64,000 nucleotides of DNA, taken from the NCBI GenBank assembly GCA_000165345.1, contig CM000434.1, positions 640,001 through 704,000 on the forward strand. Reading direction: 5' to 3'. Shown piece by piece: positions 31,820-41,657 of the stretch (within the stretch, counting starts at the first letter, position 1; the number at the start of each line of letters is the position of its first letter). The translations under genes were made by a program, and so were the position numbers. The notes under the pieces were generated by a model. It saw only the letters and a list, made by a program, of their open reading frames with translations. It made no database searches and had not been told where the DNA came from.

Positions 31820-34800
31820 TCATTCTTGGTCATTTAAAATCTCGATCTCAGCCTCATTCTCAGATAAGTTGGAATCTTCAACTATATCATCTTCTTCATC
31901 GAAATCAATACTATCTTCCTCGTCATCATCATCATCTTCCAAGTACATAACTTTTGATGTTGAAGCTCTAGAAGGTCTTTTTCTTTTTGACCTATTATTT
32001 TTGGATTTTGAAGGATCAACAATGCTATTTTCTATTGAGGTACTTATTGAATGATTTTCAGAATCTTTGGTTGACTTTTTGCTGGATATCTGATTTTTAT
32101 TGGAAATTTTCTTCTCAGATCTGCCTGAAATAATATCCAAGAAATTCATTATATCATTATCAAGTAGCTCCTTATTCAACATTACCGAAAGCCTAATACC
32201 TCCAGAAGAGTTGTCTTCATCGATTCCACAAAGAGACTTAGCCTGTTCCAGAATCCTTTGAATCTCGGGAGCAGAAAGTGAATTAATCACGGTTTTTCCT
32301 CCTCCTGGAGCGTTTTGAGTCATGAGGAAGTCCAAAAATAATTTAATAATTCCCTTAGTTTTAATACCTTTCTCAATGAGTTCATCCCTGGAAATGATGT
32401 CTCTAAATACCGGAATAGATATCTCTCCAAAGAGAGAAAATCGCAAGCATTCAAGAATTGACCTTGACAAATCTGAGGTGTTAGATTTAATTATTTCTTC
32501 TACTCTTCTCCACCCAAATCTAGAAGAGAATGTTGGGAATAGTTTCTTACTAAGCCTTTGAGCTCTTGCATGATTGTCTTGGATATAGGAAATAATTATA
32601 CAAGTTAATATACAAGTAAATACTCCCAAACACTCTTGGTCTTCTTTTAATAGTGCAGATTCAATGAAATTATTTGCAAAAGCAAGCTTTTCTTTGCTAG
32701 TTTCAGATCCTAAATTTGAATGAAGGCTTTCAAGATAATAATTATTAATCATAACATCTTCAATATCTGTCAGATAATTTATAAGGATCGGAGTAAAGAC
32801 CTGTAGAGTGGTTTTATACTGAGATGAAATTGATATTATTGAAAGAATACAACCAGGAGAAAATGGATGACTAAGAAAATCACTGATTTTGTTTTTATAA
32901 ATTCCCAAAGTCTCAGGAGTTGTGACAAAAGCCTCATCTTTTAGATTATCCAGTGGCTCAAAGATTCTACAACTTGGATAAAGCAAGTAATATGGCTTAT
33001 CTTTATCAGAAAAGTTTAAAATACCATTAAATCCTTCAATCAAAGAAGATGAAAGGCTTGAAATTTTAAAATCTTCATTCACATTTTTACTACGGTTTGT
33101 ACAGGTCCAGTAAATTAATTCCTTTGTAATTAATGCCAATTCAGAATCTGAGAGAGCCCACTTTAACTCACAATCTGCATCTGGGTCTCGTAAGTTGTTT
33201 TCAATTGTTCCCTGAAGTCCCGTAATTACAAGAAAAGAACATAAAGAAAGGAGGCTAATTAAATTGAGACATTGGTTATCTGTTGATTTATGTTTGATAT
33301 TATTTCTCAGAGACTCAAGCAATATGCTGCTCAACTTATGTCTAACTGCCTTATATATTTCAATTGTGGATTCTTTAAGATTACTTAAAGTAAGGTAATT
33401 ATTTTCACTTACTTGGTCATCCTCATTGCCTATTTCGTTATTTTCAATAGAGTCAACATCTACTCCTTGCAAAAGATCTTGAACAAGGTGGGCATAACCT
33501 GTAGTAAGCATATCGAGAGTAAGACTATAAAGTTGAGTACATTGGTGTGAGAGAATTTGGTCAAGATTCAGTTGAATAATTCTTTCAGTTCTTTCTAGAA
33601 CCTCAAAAAGAATTTCAAAGGTTATTGGAACACCTGATCCCTGTTCTGGGGACATTTCCGAAGATTTCAATGTTGATAAACTATCTCTATATTGGCTTGA
33701 CAAATATATATTACTGGTAGTAAGGTATTTCACAACTCCAAAAGCTTTTCTAAAGTTACACATCGTATTTAATGCAGAATTTTGTGCATTTTCACTCTTT
33801 TTTGAAGATTTCTTCGATTTCTTTGAATTTGACGTGTTTTCTGCTACATTCGAGTACAAAAGCCCATCAGTATTTGCCAGGAACTCTCTTCCCGACGCAA
33901 AGAAAGTGTCCAAGAGCTTTTTATTAAGGGATTCAACATCAGATTGAATATCTATTAAAGAATTTTCATTAAATTGAAGATTTTTACAATCTAAGCTGGC
34001 AATTGGAGAAAAAGTCATACAAATTCCATCAATTACTCTTGAGTCGCTATGGCTTTGAATAAGAGCAATGAGCTTTTTAATAGGGAAATGTCTCATTCCA
34101 GATGGGATAAAATTTGAATTTTCCTTATCTTGTATTATTTTGCAATACAAACTTATACATGTTGAGAATGTTGAAAGTAATATTGTAAGATAATCAGTAT
34201 TCTGTTCATGAAGAAGAATAAGAGGTTCCATATATTCAAGAATCACAGAAATTGCTACAAATGCTCTGAATCTAGTTAATATAGATTCAGCCTTTGAATA
34301 TAATAAGCTTGAAGTACCTTCAGGTTCTATGAATAACAAATCTTCAATTCGAGAAACATTTGCATGTAAAACTAATAACAAAACTTTCCTCATTTCCTCA
34401 CCTAAAGGCTCAAGTTGCGAGCTTGACGAGCATTCTGTTGCTAGAAGCATTTCTACAAGGAATTTTGAATCTCTAACACAAGGAGCTTTGGACCAAAAAG
34501 CATTAACACATCTATGAGTAAGGACTACCAAATCTCTTCCAAATTCATGAATAAACTCCAGGAAAGTTTGAAGATCTGATCTGATTCTGCCTGGTTCAAG
34601 AGTTTTAAGTTCTTCCAAATTTATCAAACTTTTAACCTTTTTGTTTTCAATTTGGTGACATGCAAGCTCAATGAGTTCTCGTGCCTCAATATTTTCATGG
34701 GAAATTCCACCTTCAAAAAGAGCAGAGTCTACAAACTCAGCAAGAAGGGAACTAATCGCCGGTGATGATGGTCCAAGCCAAAGTAAATCTACAATCTCAT

Positions 34801-36034
34801 CAACAAACTCCTCTTGAAGAAGTTCGTTTTTAAGAAGACCTATTAAAACTCTAATTGCCAGTTCTCCACATGATAATACTTCAGGATCTGAAGGAAGCTT
34901 TGAGGCAAGTGCTACCAAATTTCTGAGACTTCTTAGAAAAGGACTATCTGTCAAAATTACGCTACACTTATTAAGAATGTCCTTAGTCTCAATGCAAATC
35001 AAAATTGAACGGAGAATTTGGATACGATTTGAATTCAGTTCTTCTGGAAGGAGACTAATAAGCATTGAGGGAATTTCAGCTTCACAAACTATACTGGCCA
35101 TATGGGGCTGTAGGATGCTTTCAGAAAGAGTACAAAGACAGTTATTGCGTATTTCTGGACTCACATCTTGTACTCTTGATTTCCAAGAATCAAAGACAAT
35201 ATCTTTAATAATTGAATCAAGCCTTTCACATAATTTGCTAGTTTTGGAAAGCTCTTCTTCCAGACTCTCCTTAGCTCCAGTACCTGGTGACTCATTTTCA
35301 AACTGGATCTTAAATCTAGAAAGCTTCTCTAACAGTTCAAGCTTTGTTAATATTAGGCTTCTTAAGATTCCATTCAGAGCAACACATCCTGAATGTCTTA
35401 GAGGTCTGATTGATGCATTTGCTGTGGATTTAATCCATTTACATGTAATTGCAATTGATTCAAGATTTATATCTTTCACTATACTTTTGCATAATACATC
35501 ACCAATTCCAAGAAAGAAATCAGTAAATATCTCACAAAAGTAAAGATCAGAAGGTTTCTTGGGCCTAATTGGGTAATATTGGAGTATAGAAGTATTATTA
35601 TCTTGAAGATCAATAATTAAGTTTTCAAGACATTTCTCAGCAGAATCTGATCCTGTCCAATCTGAAATTGATTGCAAAAACACGCTTGGGATTCCACCAC
35701 CTTCCAGAATCAGTCTTATAATTTCCTTAAGACTTGAGGTGAATGATGAGTGATTTGGGCGTTCTAATAGTCCTTTTCTTATTTGGTTGAACACTGAATT
35801 GGTGATTGTTTTTGACTGTTTTGGATTTTCTACAGCAGATCTTATTGTTTTGAAAAGTCTACATCTGGTTTGAAGTTGAGTCTTTGAGAAGTTCCGTTTT
35901 GATAACTGGTAATTTGAAATTGTCCAGTTTTCTTTGTGATTTGGATCTGCATCTGGGCTGGGAGTATTACGTAGCTTCTCCGGGATTGCAAACCCCTCAG
36001 GGTCTCTATTTAAAGCCTTAGTTCTCTTTGGCAT
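31820..36034 (-). CDS. large HEAT/ARM-repeat-like protein with acidic C-terminal tail (possibly cohesin/condensin-associated)
   Basis: 1404-aa uninterrupted ORF, helical and repeat-rich. The C-terminus carries a basic KRKRPSR stretch followed by an acidic DDDDDEEDS tail. Family unresolved. Confidence 0.55.
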   Translation of the reverse strand: MPKRTKALNRDPEGFAIPEKLRNTPSPDADPNHKENWTISNYQLSKRNFSKTQLQTRCRLFKTIRSAVENPKQSKTITNSVFNQIRKGLLERPNHSSFTSSLKEIIRLILEGGGIPSVFLQSISDWTGSDSAEKCLENLIIDLQDNNTSILQYYPIRPKKPSDLYFCEIFTDFFLGIGDVLCKSIVKDINLESIAITCKWIKSTANASIRPLRHSGCVALNGILRSLILTKLELLEKLSRFKIQFENESPGTGAKESLEEELSKTSKLCERLDSIIKDIVFDSWKSRVQDVSPEIRNNCLCTLSESILQPHMASIVCEAEIPSMLISLLPEELNSNRIQILRSILICIETKDILNKCSVILTDSPFLRSLRNLVALASKLPSDPEVLSCGELAIRVLIGLLKNELLQEEFVDEIVDLLWLGPSSPAISSLLAEFVDSALFEGGISHENIEARELIELACHQIENKKVKSLINLEELKTLEPGRIRSDLQTFLEFIHEFGRDLVVLTHRCVNAFWSKAPCVRDSKFLVEMLLATECSSSSQLEPLGEEMRKVLLLVLHANVSRIEDLLFIEPEGTSSLLYSKAESILTRFRAFVAISVILEYMEPLILLHEQNTDYLTILLSTFSTCISLYCKIIQDKENSNFIPSGMRHFPIKKLIALIQSHSDSRVIDGICMTFSPIASLDCKNLQFNENSLIDIQSDVESLNKKLLDTFFASGREFLANTDGLLYSNVAENTSNSKKSKKSSKKSENAQNSALNTMCNFRKAFGVVKYLTTSNIYLSSQYRDSLSTLKSSEMSPEQGSGVPITFEILFEVLERTERIIQLNLDQILSHQCTQLYSLTLDMLTTGYAHLVQDLLQGVDVDSIENNEIGNEDDQVSENNYLTLSNLKESTIEIYKAVRHKLSSILLESLRNNIKHKSTDNQCLNLISLLSLCSFLVITGLQGTIENNLRDPDADCELKWALSDSELALITKELIYWTCTNRSKNVNEDFKISSLSSSLIEGFNGILNFSDKDKPYYLLYPSCRIFEPLDNLKDEAFVTTPETLGIYKNKISDFLSHPFSPGCILSIISISSQYKTTLQVFTPILINYLTDIEDVMINNYYLESLHSNLGSETSKEKLAFANNFIESALLKEDQECLGVFTCILTCIIISYIQDNHARAQRLSKKLFPTFSSRFGWRRVEEIIKSNTSDLSRSILECLRFSLFGEISIPVFRDIISRDELIEKGIKTKGIIKLFLDFLMTQNAPGGGKTVINSLSAPEIQRILEQAKSLCGIDEDNSSGGIRLSVMLNKELLDNDIMNFLDIISGRSEKKISNKNQISSKKSTKDSENHSISTSIENSIVDPSKSKNNRSKRKRPSRASTSKVMYLEDDDDDEEDSIDFDEEDDIVEDSNLSENEAEIEILNDQE

Positions 36035-36269
36035 CCCTGATATATGAGGAGGAGCTTCTTATTATTTGAATTTCCAAGGCTTTTTTTTGAGATTTTATAT
36101 TTTCCTATCTAAAAAAGAAAAAAAGCCGGGCTCGTAAGTTGCAAGGGGGGCTCTACCTCACCAAGTATGCGTGGGGGGTTTGGAGGCATGTAAGTAAATC
36201 AACTTGGGATGACCAAAGTCCAGAGGCCTTGAAGAAATTAAAAAAAGGTGTTTAATAATTTAATCAGTC

Positions 36270-39200
36270 ATGATAATAGAGAACTTGCTTGCTGATGGCC
36301 TTTGTGAGTCTACTACACCAGATAATCTTTCTGAACTTTCTGAGCAAGTTTTGGAGGCATGGGCTATGGTTAGTATTTCAGCGAAAAACTTTGTAAGTGA
36401 CATTAATAAAGTATTAGATGAATATTTGTATAATTCAAAGGTTTATGAAAAAGTTGAGACTTATCAGGATAATATTTTTAATGGATTCCAATCAGTTCCA
36501 AAATCTCCAGAAAGCAAATTACAGCTTGAAAGATTGGTTTCAACGTTGGAAACTCCGGAAATAACTGAGGCTTTAGAATGTATATATAGAAATGGTCTTT
36601 CAATACAAATCTTAGAAAGCTTTTTAGGTTATTCTCTGGATTACATAATCTCAAAAGAGATCACATTTTTTTGGACTACTTTGCTTTTACTTGGTGAAAC
36701 AGATACAAGTGACTCAAGAATGACAAGTAATGATACAAATTCTGTAGATGGGAGTTTTGTTGAAAATAAAGATTATTCTAAGGATGGTAAGACTCTTATT
36801 CCAATGGATAGAGATATTTTATCTTTTCATAGTTGTTTGATTTTTGGATTGGTAAGATTACTTTGGAATATTGTTTTCATTCTATATGGAGCAACTTCTT
36901 TGGTTAATATTCCAAATATGGAGAGGAGTAGCTTTGTATATGATTGCCTTTCTCAAAAAGATCAAGTATTTCCTAATAATCTTGGTGAATGCCCACTTCG
37001 TAGAGTGATTTATGGTTTTATGACAAAGATTCGTTTATTATTAATAGAAAGTATTCCTTCAGACTTTGACTTAGTATTGGAAAGATATATATTTGGAATA
37101 CTCACTTTTCTTTCTGAGAAGATACTTAATAATGATGAATTTTCGATAAAAAATGATATAAGTCCTATAATAATGAGAGAATATTTGTTAAAAGTTTTAA
37201 TTAATGATTCTTGTGGGAATACAAAAAAAAGAATGGAGATTTGTAAGTCAAGATTAGAGAATCTTCAGCATATATATGAACACAAAGCATCCAGAGTATT
37301 GAGTTTGAATGGTTCATTTCCATCGAATTTGGATTTTGAGACTTTAGAGGTATTATTAAGTTTGATTGGTTGCTCAAATCCTAATGAGAAATGCATAGAT
37401 CAGTTGAATTCAAGTTTTAGTGATAATAGATATATTGGAGAGGAAATTGTAAGACATAGAAATACTGGAGATCAAGATAATTGGGATAACAAGAAGATTC
37501 AGGAAATTCTTAGAGTAATTGCTCAAGGCCCAATTATAGAGGATTTATATAAAAATAATGGAGAGAATTCACTTGAAGAACTTTCAAGAATACATACAAC
37601 ATTATTGGACGAGCTGATTTGGTTAGTTTTTTGCTCTATAGAGCAAGAGAAAGAATATGTGCCTAATAAGAGTAGTCAAATAACTTTGATGACTAGAATT
37701 GGAGATCTTCCAGTTTTAATGAAATTGGTGGGATTTGAACATTTGTGGAAAAAAAGAGTGGTTTACTTGTTAAAAATGCAATCAGTAAATGCTGTGTTAT
37801 TTTTAGAAGGAAGAAAGACAGAGGAAAGTAATTTGAGAATATACTCGAAATATGTTCATGAATTTATGGGCCCAATATTAATGGGTTTATTAGATGGAGG
37901 GTTTGGATATATTAAATCTCAGGATTTTGAACTTGTAGATCAAGAGAATGACAAGAGTGAAAGTTCTGGAATGGCTAATTTTCAAGTAAATAATAACATT
38001 AGTATGATTGGGAAAGAATGTGAGCCAATGAATGGTGATTTGGCATTTCAGATGATATTTGAGGAGTTTTATATGGAATACAATTGGAGTCTTAAAAGAA
38101 GAGTTATAGACCTAATTATGGAATTTCCAAGGAGTAAAAGTTCGATTCTAGACCTTTATATTACAATGAATTACTTTCCAAGCAGCAATATATTAAGAGA
38201 TGTTTGGTTTTCGGAGATTTCAAGAGAGATCTTAAATTATGTGAATGGAAAATTACTTCATTTACATGTTGATACCTCTATAATTGTAGGATTTTATGTC
38301 AAATCGATAATATTTCTGCTCATGTTGGATTTCCCAAATGACAGGATGGATAAAACTTTGATCAGTTTTAGTGATGCTTTGAGGCAGAGAGGAGATACAA
38401 CACTTTGTATAGTTAGTTGGATGCCATTAATGCTTGAGAATTGTTCTCCAGCATTGAGTGATTCTGAGATTATAATGCCAATAAGTTGTTCAGATGAGGG
38501 CGTATATCCTCAGTTTTCAATTTCCAACCCAAACTATAGAAATGAGTGTAGAGGTTTGTTTGAAAAGTCATTTGATCAGATTCAAGAATACTCTCATTGT
38601 TTTCATATTCCCCAGATCAAGTTGGTTTTGAGTTGGATTTCTCGAATTTATGGAAGTAACTTAACTCTTCTATATGATTATATCTATAATTTGGCTTCAA
38701 GAGTGATAGGAAGTGGACAAGAATTGGGTTTTGAATCAAATTCTGTGGATGGTACAGAAAAATGTAGTCTTATTGATGAAAATACTTGGGAAATTGATGA
38801 GAGACGCTTCCAGAAGGATGAATCAGTTTATGAAATGATAAAGCTGACAATTGGTGGAAGGAGTGGTGAAAATTTGCTAAAAGGAGGTTCAGGAAGCTCC
38901 AAATTTGGGAGCAAAGATGAGCAACAATTATTGACCAACTGTAGTATAATTCTACAGGATATAAACAGCTCAATATTAGATAATAAGGAATATAGTAAAT
39001 CTAGAGAAGGATCTTTGCTTAATGCAGAATCCAAGCCAACTGTGACAGGATTTACAATTTCAAGGAATTACTGGTCAGAAGGTGTAATTAATATGGAGAT
39101 AAGAGATGACACCTTTCCTTTAGCTCCAGTATTGGAAGATGAGATTAAAGAGTACAGGCAATTCTTTGAAAGAGAACATCCAGGAAGAACTTTCAATTGT

Positions 39201-40673
39201 TTTTGTGGATATGGAATTGGTTTAGTTGACTTAACAGCAATTGATGGGACAGTGAAAAGCAACATAGCTTTGAATTTCCTACAAATAAGTATTTACGACT
39301 ATATATCAAGCAAACATCCAGAAAATGATTTGGATTATCCAGAAGGTGAATCATCAAAAGACGGATTCCTGGATTCTGATAAACTTTTAAGTTCAAATTC
39401 TATTTTGAATTGGTTTACAATCAGCCCTAAGGCTACAGATAGATCTTCTGATCGTATTAGCAAACCATTAACAGACAAGGAGGAAGTTAAGGTCACATTT
39501 ATGGATATTTTGAATCATTTTAGATTGGATGAACAGACTATTCGTTGGAGTATTGAAAATATGTTATCAAGGGGGATTATTCAAATAGTTACCAAAGAGG
39601 AAGGACTTGAGTGCTTTGATATTCCACAAACCTTTAGCAACATAAAGCTTACAAGGGAGGCAGGCGGAGAAGATGAAAAAGAGCAAGGACGAGAAATGTC
39701 TGTAGCTCAGAAAGATGAAAGTTTCAGCTTAATAAAGACAACAGAAGAAGGATATGGTTCTAATATTAATGATATGACGGTTATGTTGGACTTTAATAAT
39801 ATGCTTAATAATAGGAACAGTAATGCCTCATTGATTGGATTAAATCGTCAAAGCAGTTCTCTTAAAAAAAACTTCACTCTTTCAAGCGTAATGGAGACTC
39901 CAAAGAGGACTCCTCATGAAAATCTAGGAGAAACATCCAGTGAGAGAGCAAGTAGGAGGGAAGAAGAGGGAACAGCCTTCGATAGTCGATATTTGTCAAC
40001 TAGACGTAGTGAAATTGAGAATCAGGATAATATGCAAGAGGGCGAATATGACGAGGGTGAAGAAGAAGACGAGGATTTAAATTTGAACTTCCCAACAGGA
40101 ATAATCACTACAACCATTTCCTTCAAACCTAAAGATTTAGCACAAGATACTAGGCACCAAGGTCCAACTGCAAGCCGCGATGGGCCTTCCTACTCAAAAA
40201 AAGGAGAAAACAATCCTGGGAGTTCTGCTGGAGGAGGAAGCCTTCCTCCAATGATTGCTTTTTCGGAGACATATTTGGAGAAGTACTGTTACTTTACAAC
40301 GCCTTCTGTACTAGACCAGCAAGATAATGGATTAGACTCCTCTTCACCTAGCAATTCCAGATCTAACAAAGACAGAGAACACGCTAACTATGATATTATT
40401 AAAGAATGCGAGCTGCTCATTAGAGCTACACTCCAATTAAACGGTGCAATGGCTCCAGCTGTGCTATTTGCAAGAGTTAGAGCAGCAATTGCAAGTCAGG
40501 GTGAGGACAAGTTCTCCCAAAAAGACTCTGACGATCATCAGGGCTCTAAAGCATCTACAAATACTGACACACAATATACTTTGACATGGCCGCAGCATGT
40601 ACAAGCTATAAATAACATGGTTGACCGAGGAGAAGTATACAACAAAGGTGGAAGATTGTTCTTAGAAAAGTAA
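36270..40673 (+). CDS. large hypothetical protein (1467 aa)
   Basis: Long uninterrupted ORF transcribed divergently from the 31820..36034 gene. The C-terminal region has a winged-helix-like segment (FMDILNHFRLDEQTIRWSIENMLSRGIIQIV). Confidence 0.55.
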   Translation: MIIENLLADGLCESTTPDNLSELSEQVLEAWAMVSISAKNFVSDINKVLDEYLYNSKVYEKVETYQDNIFNGFQSVPKSPESKLQLERLVSTLETPEITEALECIYRNGLSIQILESFLGYSLDYIISKEITFFWTTLLLLGETDTSDSRMTSNDTNSVDGSFVENKDYSKDGKTLIPMDRDILSFHSCLIFGLVRLLWNIVFILYGATSLVNIPNMERSSFVYDCLSQKDQVFPNNLGECPLRRVIYGFMTKIRLLLIESIPSDFDLVLERYIFGILTFLSEKILNNDEFSIKNDISPIIMREYLLKVLINDSCGNTKKRMEICKSRLENLQHIYEHKASRVLSLNGSFPSNLDFETLEVLLSLIGCSNPNEKCIDQLNSSFSDNRYIGEEIVRHRNTGDQDNWDNKKIQEILRVIAQGPIIEDLYKNNGENSLEELSRIHTTLLDELIWLVFCSIEQEKEYVPNKSSQITLMTRIGDLPVLMKLVGFEHLWKKRVVYLLKMQSVNAVLFLEGRKTEESNLRIYSKYVHEFMGPILMGLLDGGFGYIKSQDFELVDQENDKSESSGMANFQVNNNISMIGKECEPMNGDLAFQMIFEEFYMEYNWSLKRRVIDLIMEFPRSKSSILDLYITMNYFPSSNILRDVWFSEISREILNYVNGKLLHLHVDTSIIVGFYVKSIIFLLMLDFPNDRMDKTLISFSDALRQRGDTTLCIVSWMPLMLENCSPALSDSEIIMPISCSDEGVYPQFSISNPNYRNECRGLFEKSFDQIQEYSHCFHIPQIKLVLSWISRIYGSNLTLLYDYIYNLASRVIGSGQELGFESNSVDGTEKCSLIDENTWEIDERRFQKDESVYEMIKLTIGGRSGENLLKGGSGSSKFGSKDEQQLLTNCSIILQDINSSILDNKEYSKSREGSLLNAESKPTVTGFTISRNYWSEGVINMEIRDDTFPLAPVLEDEIKEYRQFFEREHPGRTFNCFCGYGIGLVDLTAIDGTVKSNIALNFLQISIYDYISSKHPENDLDYPEGESSKDGFLDSDKLLSSNSILNWFTISPKATDRSSDRISKPLTDKEEVKVTFMDILNHFRLDEQTIRWSIENMLSRGIIQIVTKEEGLECFDIPQTFSNIKLTREAGGEDEKEQGREMSVAQKDESFSLIKTTEEGYGSNINDMTVMLDFNNMLNNRNSNASLIGLNRQSSSLKKNFTLSSVMETPKRTPHENLGETSSERASRREEEGTAFDSRYLSTRRSEIENQDNMQEGEYDEGEEEDEDLNLNFPTGIITTTISFKPKDLAQDTRHQGPTASRDGPSYSKKGENNPGSSAGGGSLPPMIAFSETYLEKYCYFTTPSVLDQQDNGLDSSSPSNSRSNKDREHANYDIIKECELLIRATLQLNGAMAPAVLFARVRAAIASQGEDKFSQKDSDDHQGSKASTNTDTQYTLTWPQHVQAINNMVDRGEVYNKGGRLFLEK

Positions 40674-40720
40674 TTTTACCACACAAAAAATCCCTCATCC
40701 AATAGAAACCATGTGCTAGC

Positions 40721-40743
40721 CGCCCGCCAAAATTCAGGCGGGC
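40721..40743. promoter_or_regulatory. inverted-repeat E2F-like element GCCCGCCAAAATTCAGGCGGGC
   Basis: Perfect 7-bp arms GCCCGCC / GGCGGGC, positioned 930 bp upstream of ATG 41658 at the start of a purine-rich block. Confidence 0.4.
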
Positions 40744-41657
40744 AAGTGTGAGGGGAGTGGCGCGCATGTGGTGCGGGGTATAAGTAATATGGGGGTAACT
40801 AATAATTAATATATATATACAAATGAATAAATTGAAGTTGATACAAAAAATAAGAGTGAGCTTGAGGCGCGGGACTCGGAGGATATAAAGAATTTATGCG
40901 AGTAGAGCAGTGAATTGGGGAACCAAGACAAGTATGTATGTGTATTTACAGTATATATATAAGTAGATATACGTGCGAGATAATTAGCGGAAAGTAATTA
41001 AATAGGCGTTCAGAATTTACGCGTGAAATTTAGCTTGAGATTTTGAGGTGAGGTACATTGAAAACAAGAGTGGTGTGAGAAGTGTGGAACTTGAGATTTA
41101 TACGTAAGGGTCAATAAGTGGGAATAAGTTAAATAATACAGGTATCAGGAAAGTATTATAATCTAAAGCATTAAATAAGTGTGTCAAAATTAAAATGATT
41201 ATATAGAGGTAACTGGACTCCTCACAAAATTACATATAAATTTTTTGTAATTTTTCAGTATCGAAAGAATACAATTCGTTTATATATGTATATTACGAAT
41301 AAAAATAAATGAACAATCAATAAACAAAAGATCAAACAGGAGTATTATAGACTCAAGAATTGGACATACAACTAGTTTACTCTGAAGGATCAATGTAATT
41401 TTAGAGTGATTAGAGGAATTTGGAATATTTAGAGAACATTTTGAAATACGAAAAGAATCGTGTGGTAAATAGAAGATTGTTCAGAAAGGTAGTAAAATCT
41501 AGTAAGTCAAGAAGGTCTTCGTCACTGCTGAACAGTCACTGGGGATTTTGCCCTGGAGCTGTTTCTCACAGTGAACGTTTCTGGACCTATAGAGTAAATA
41601 CATATAGGAAAGAAGAAAATTTTTGTGTGAAATGATCATTAGGATATTCGAATACCA

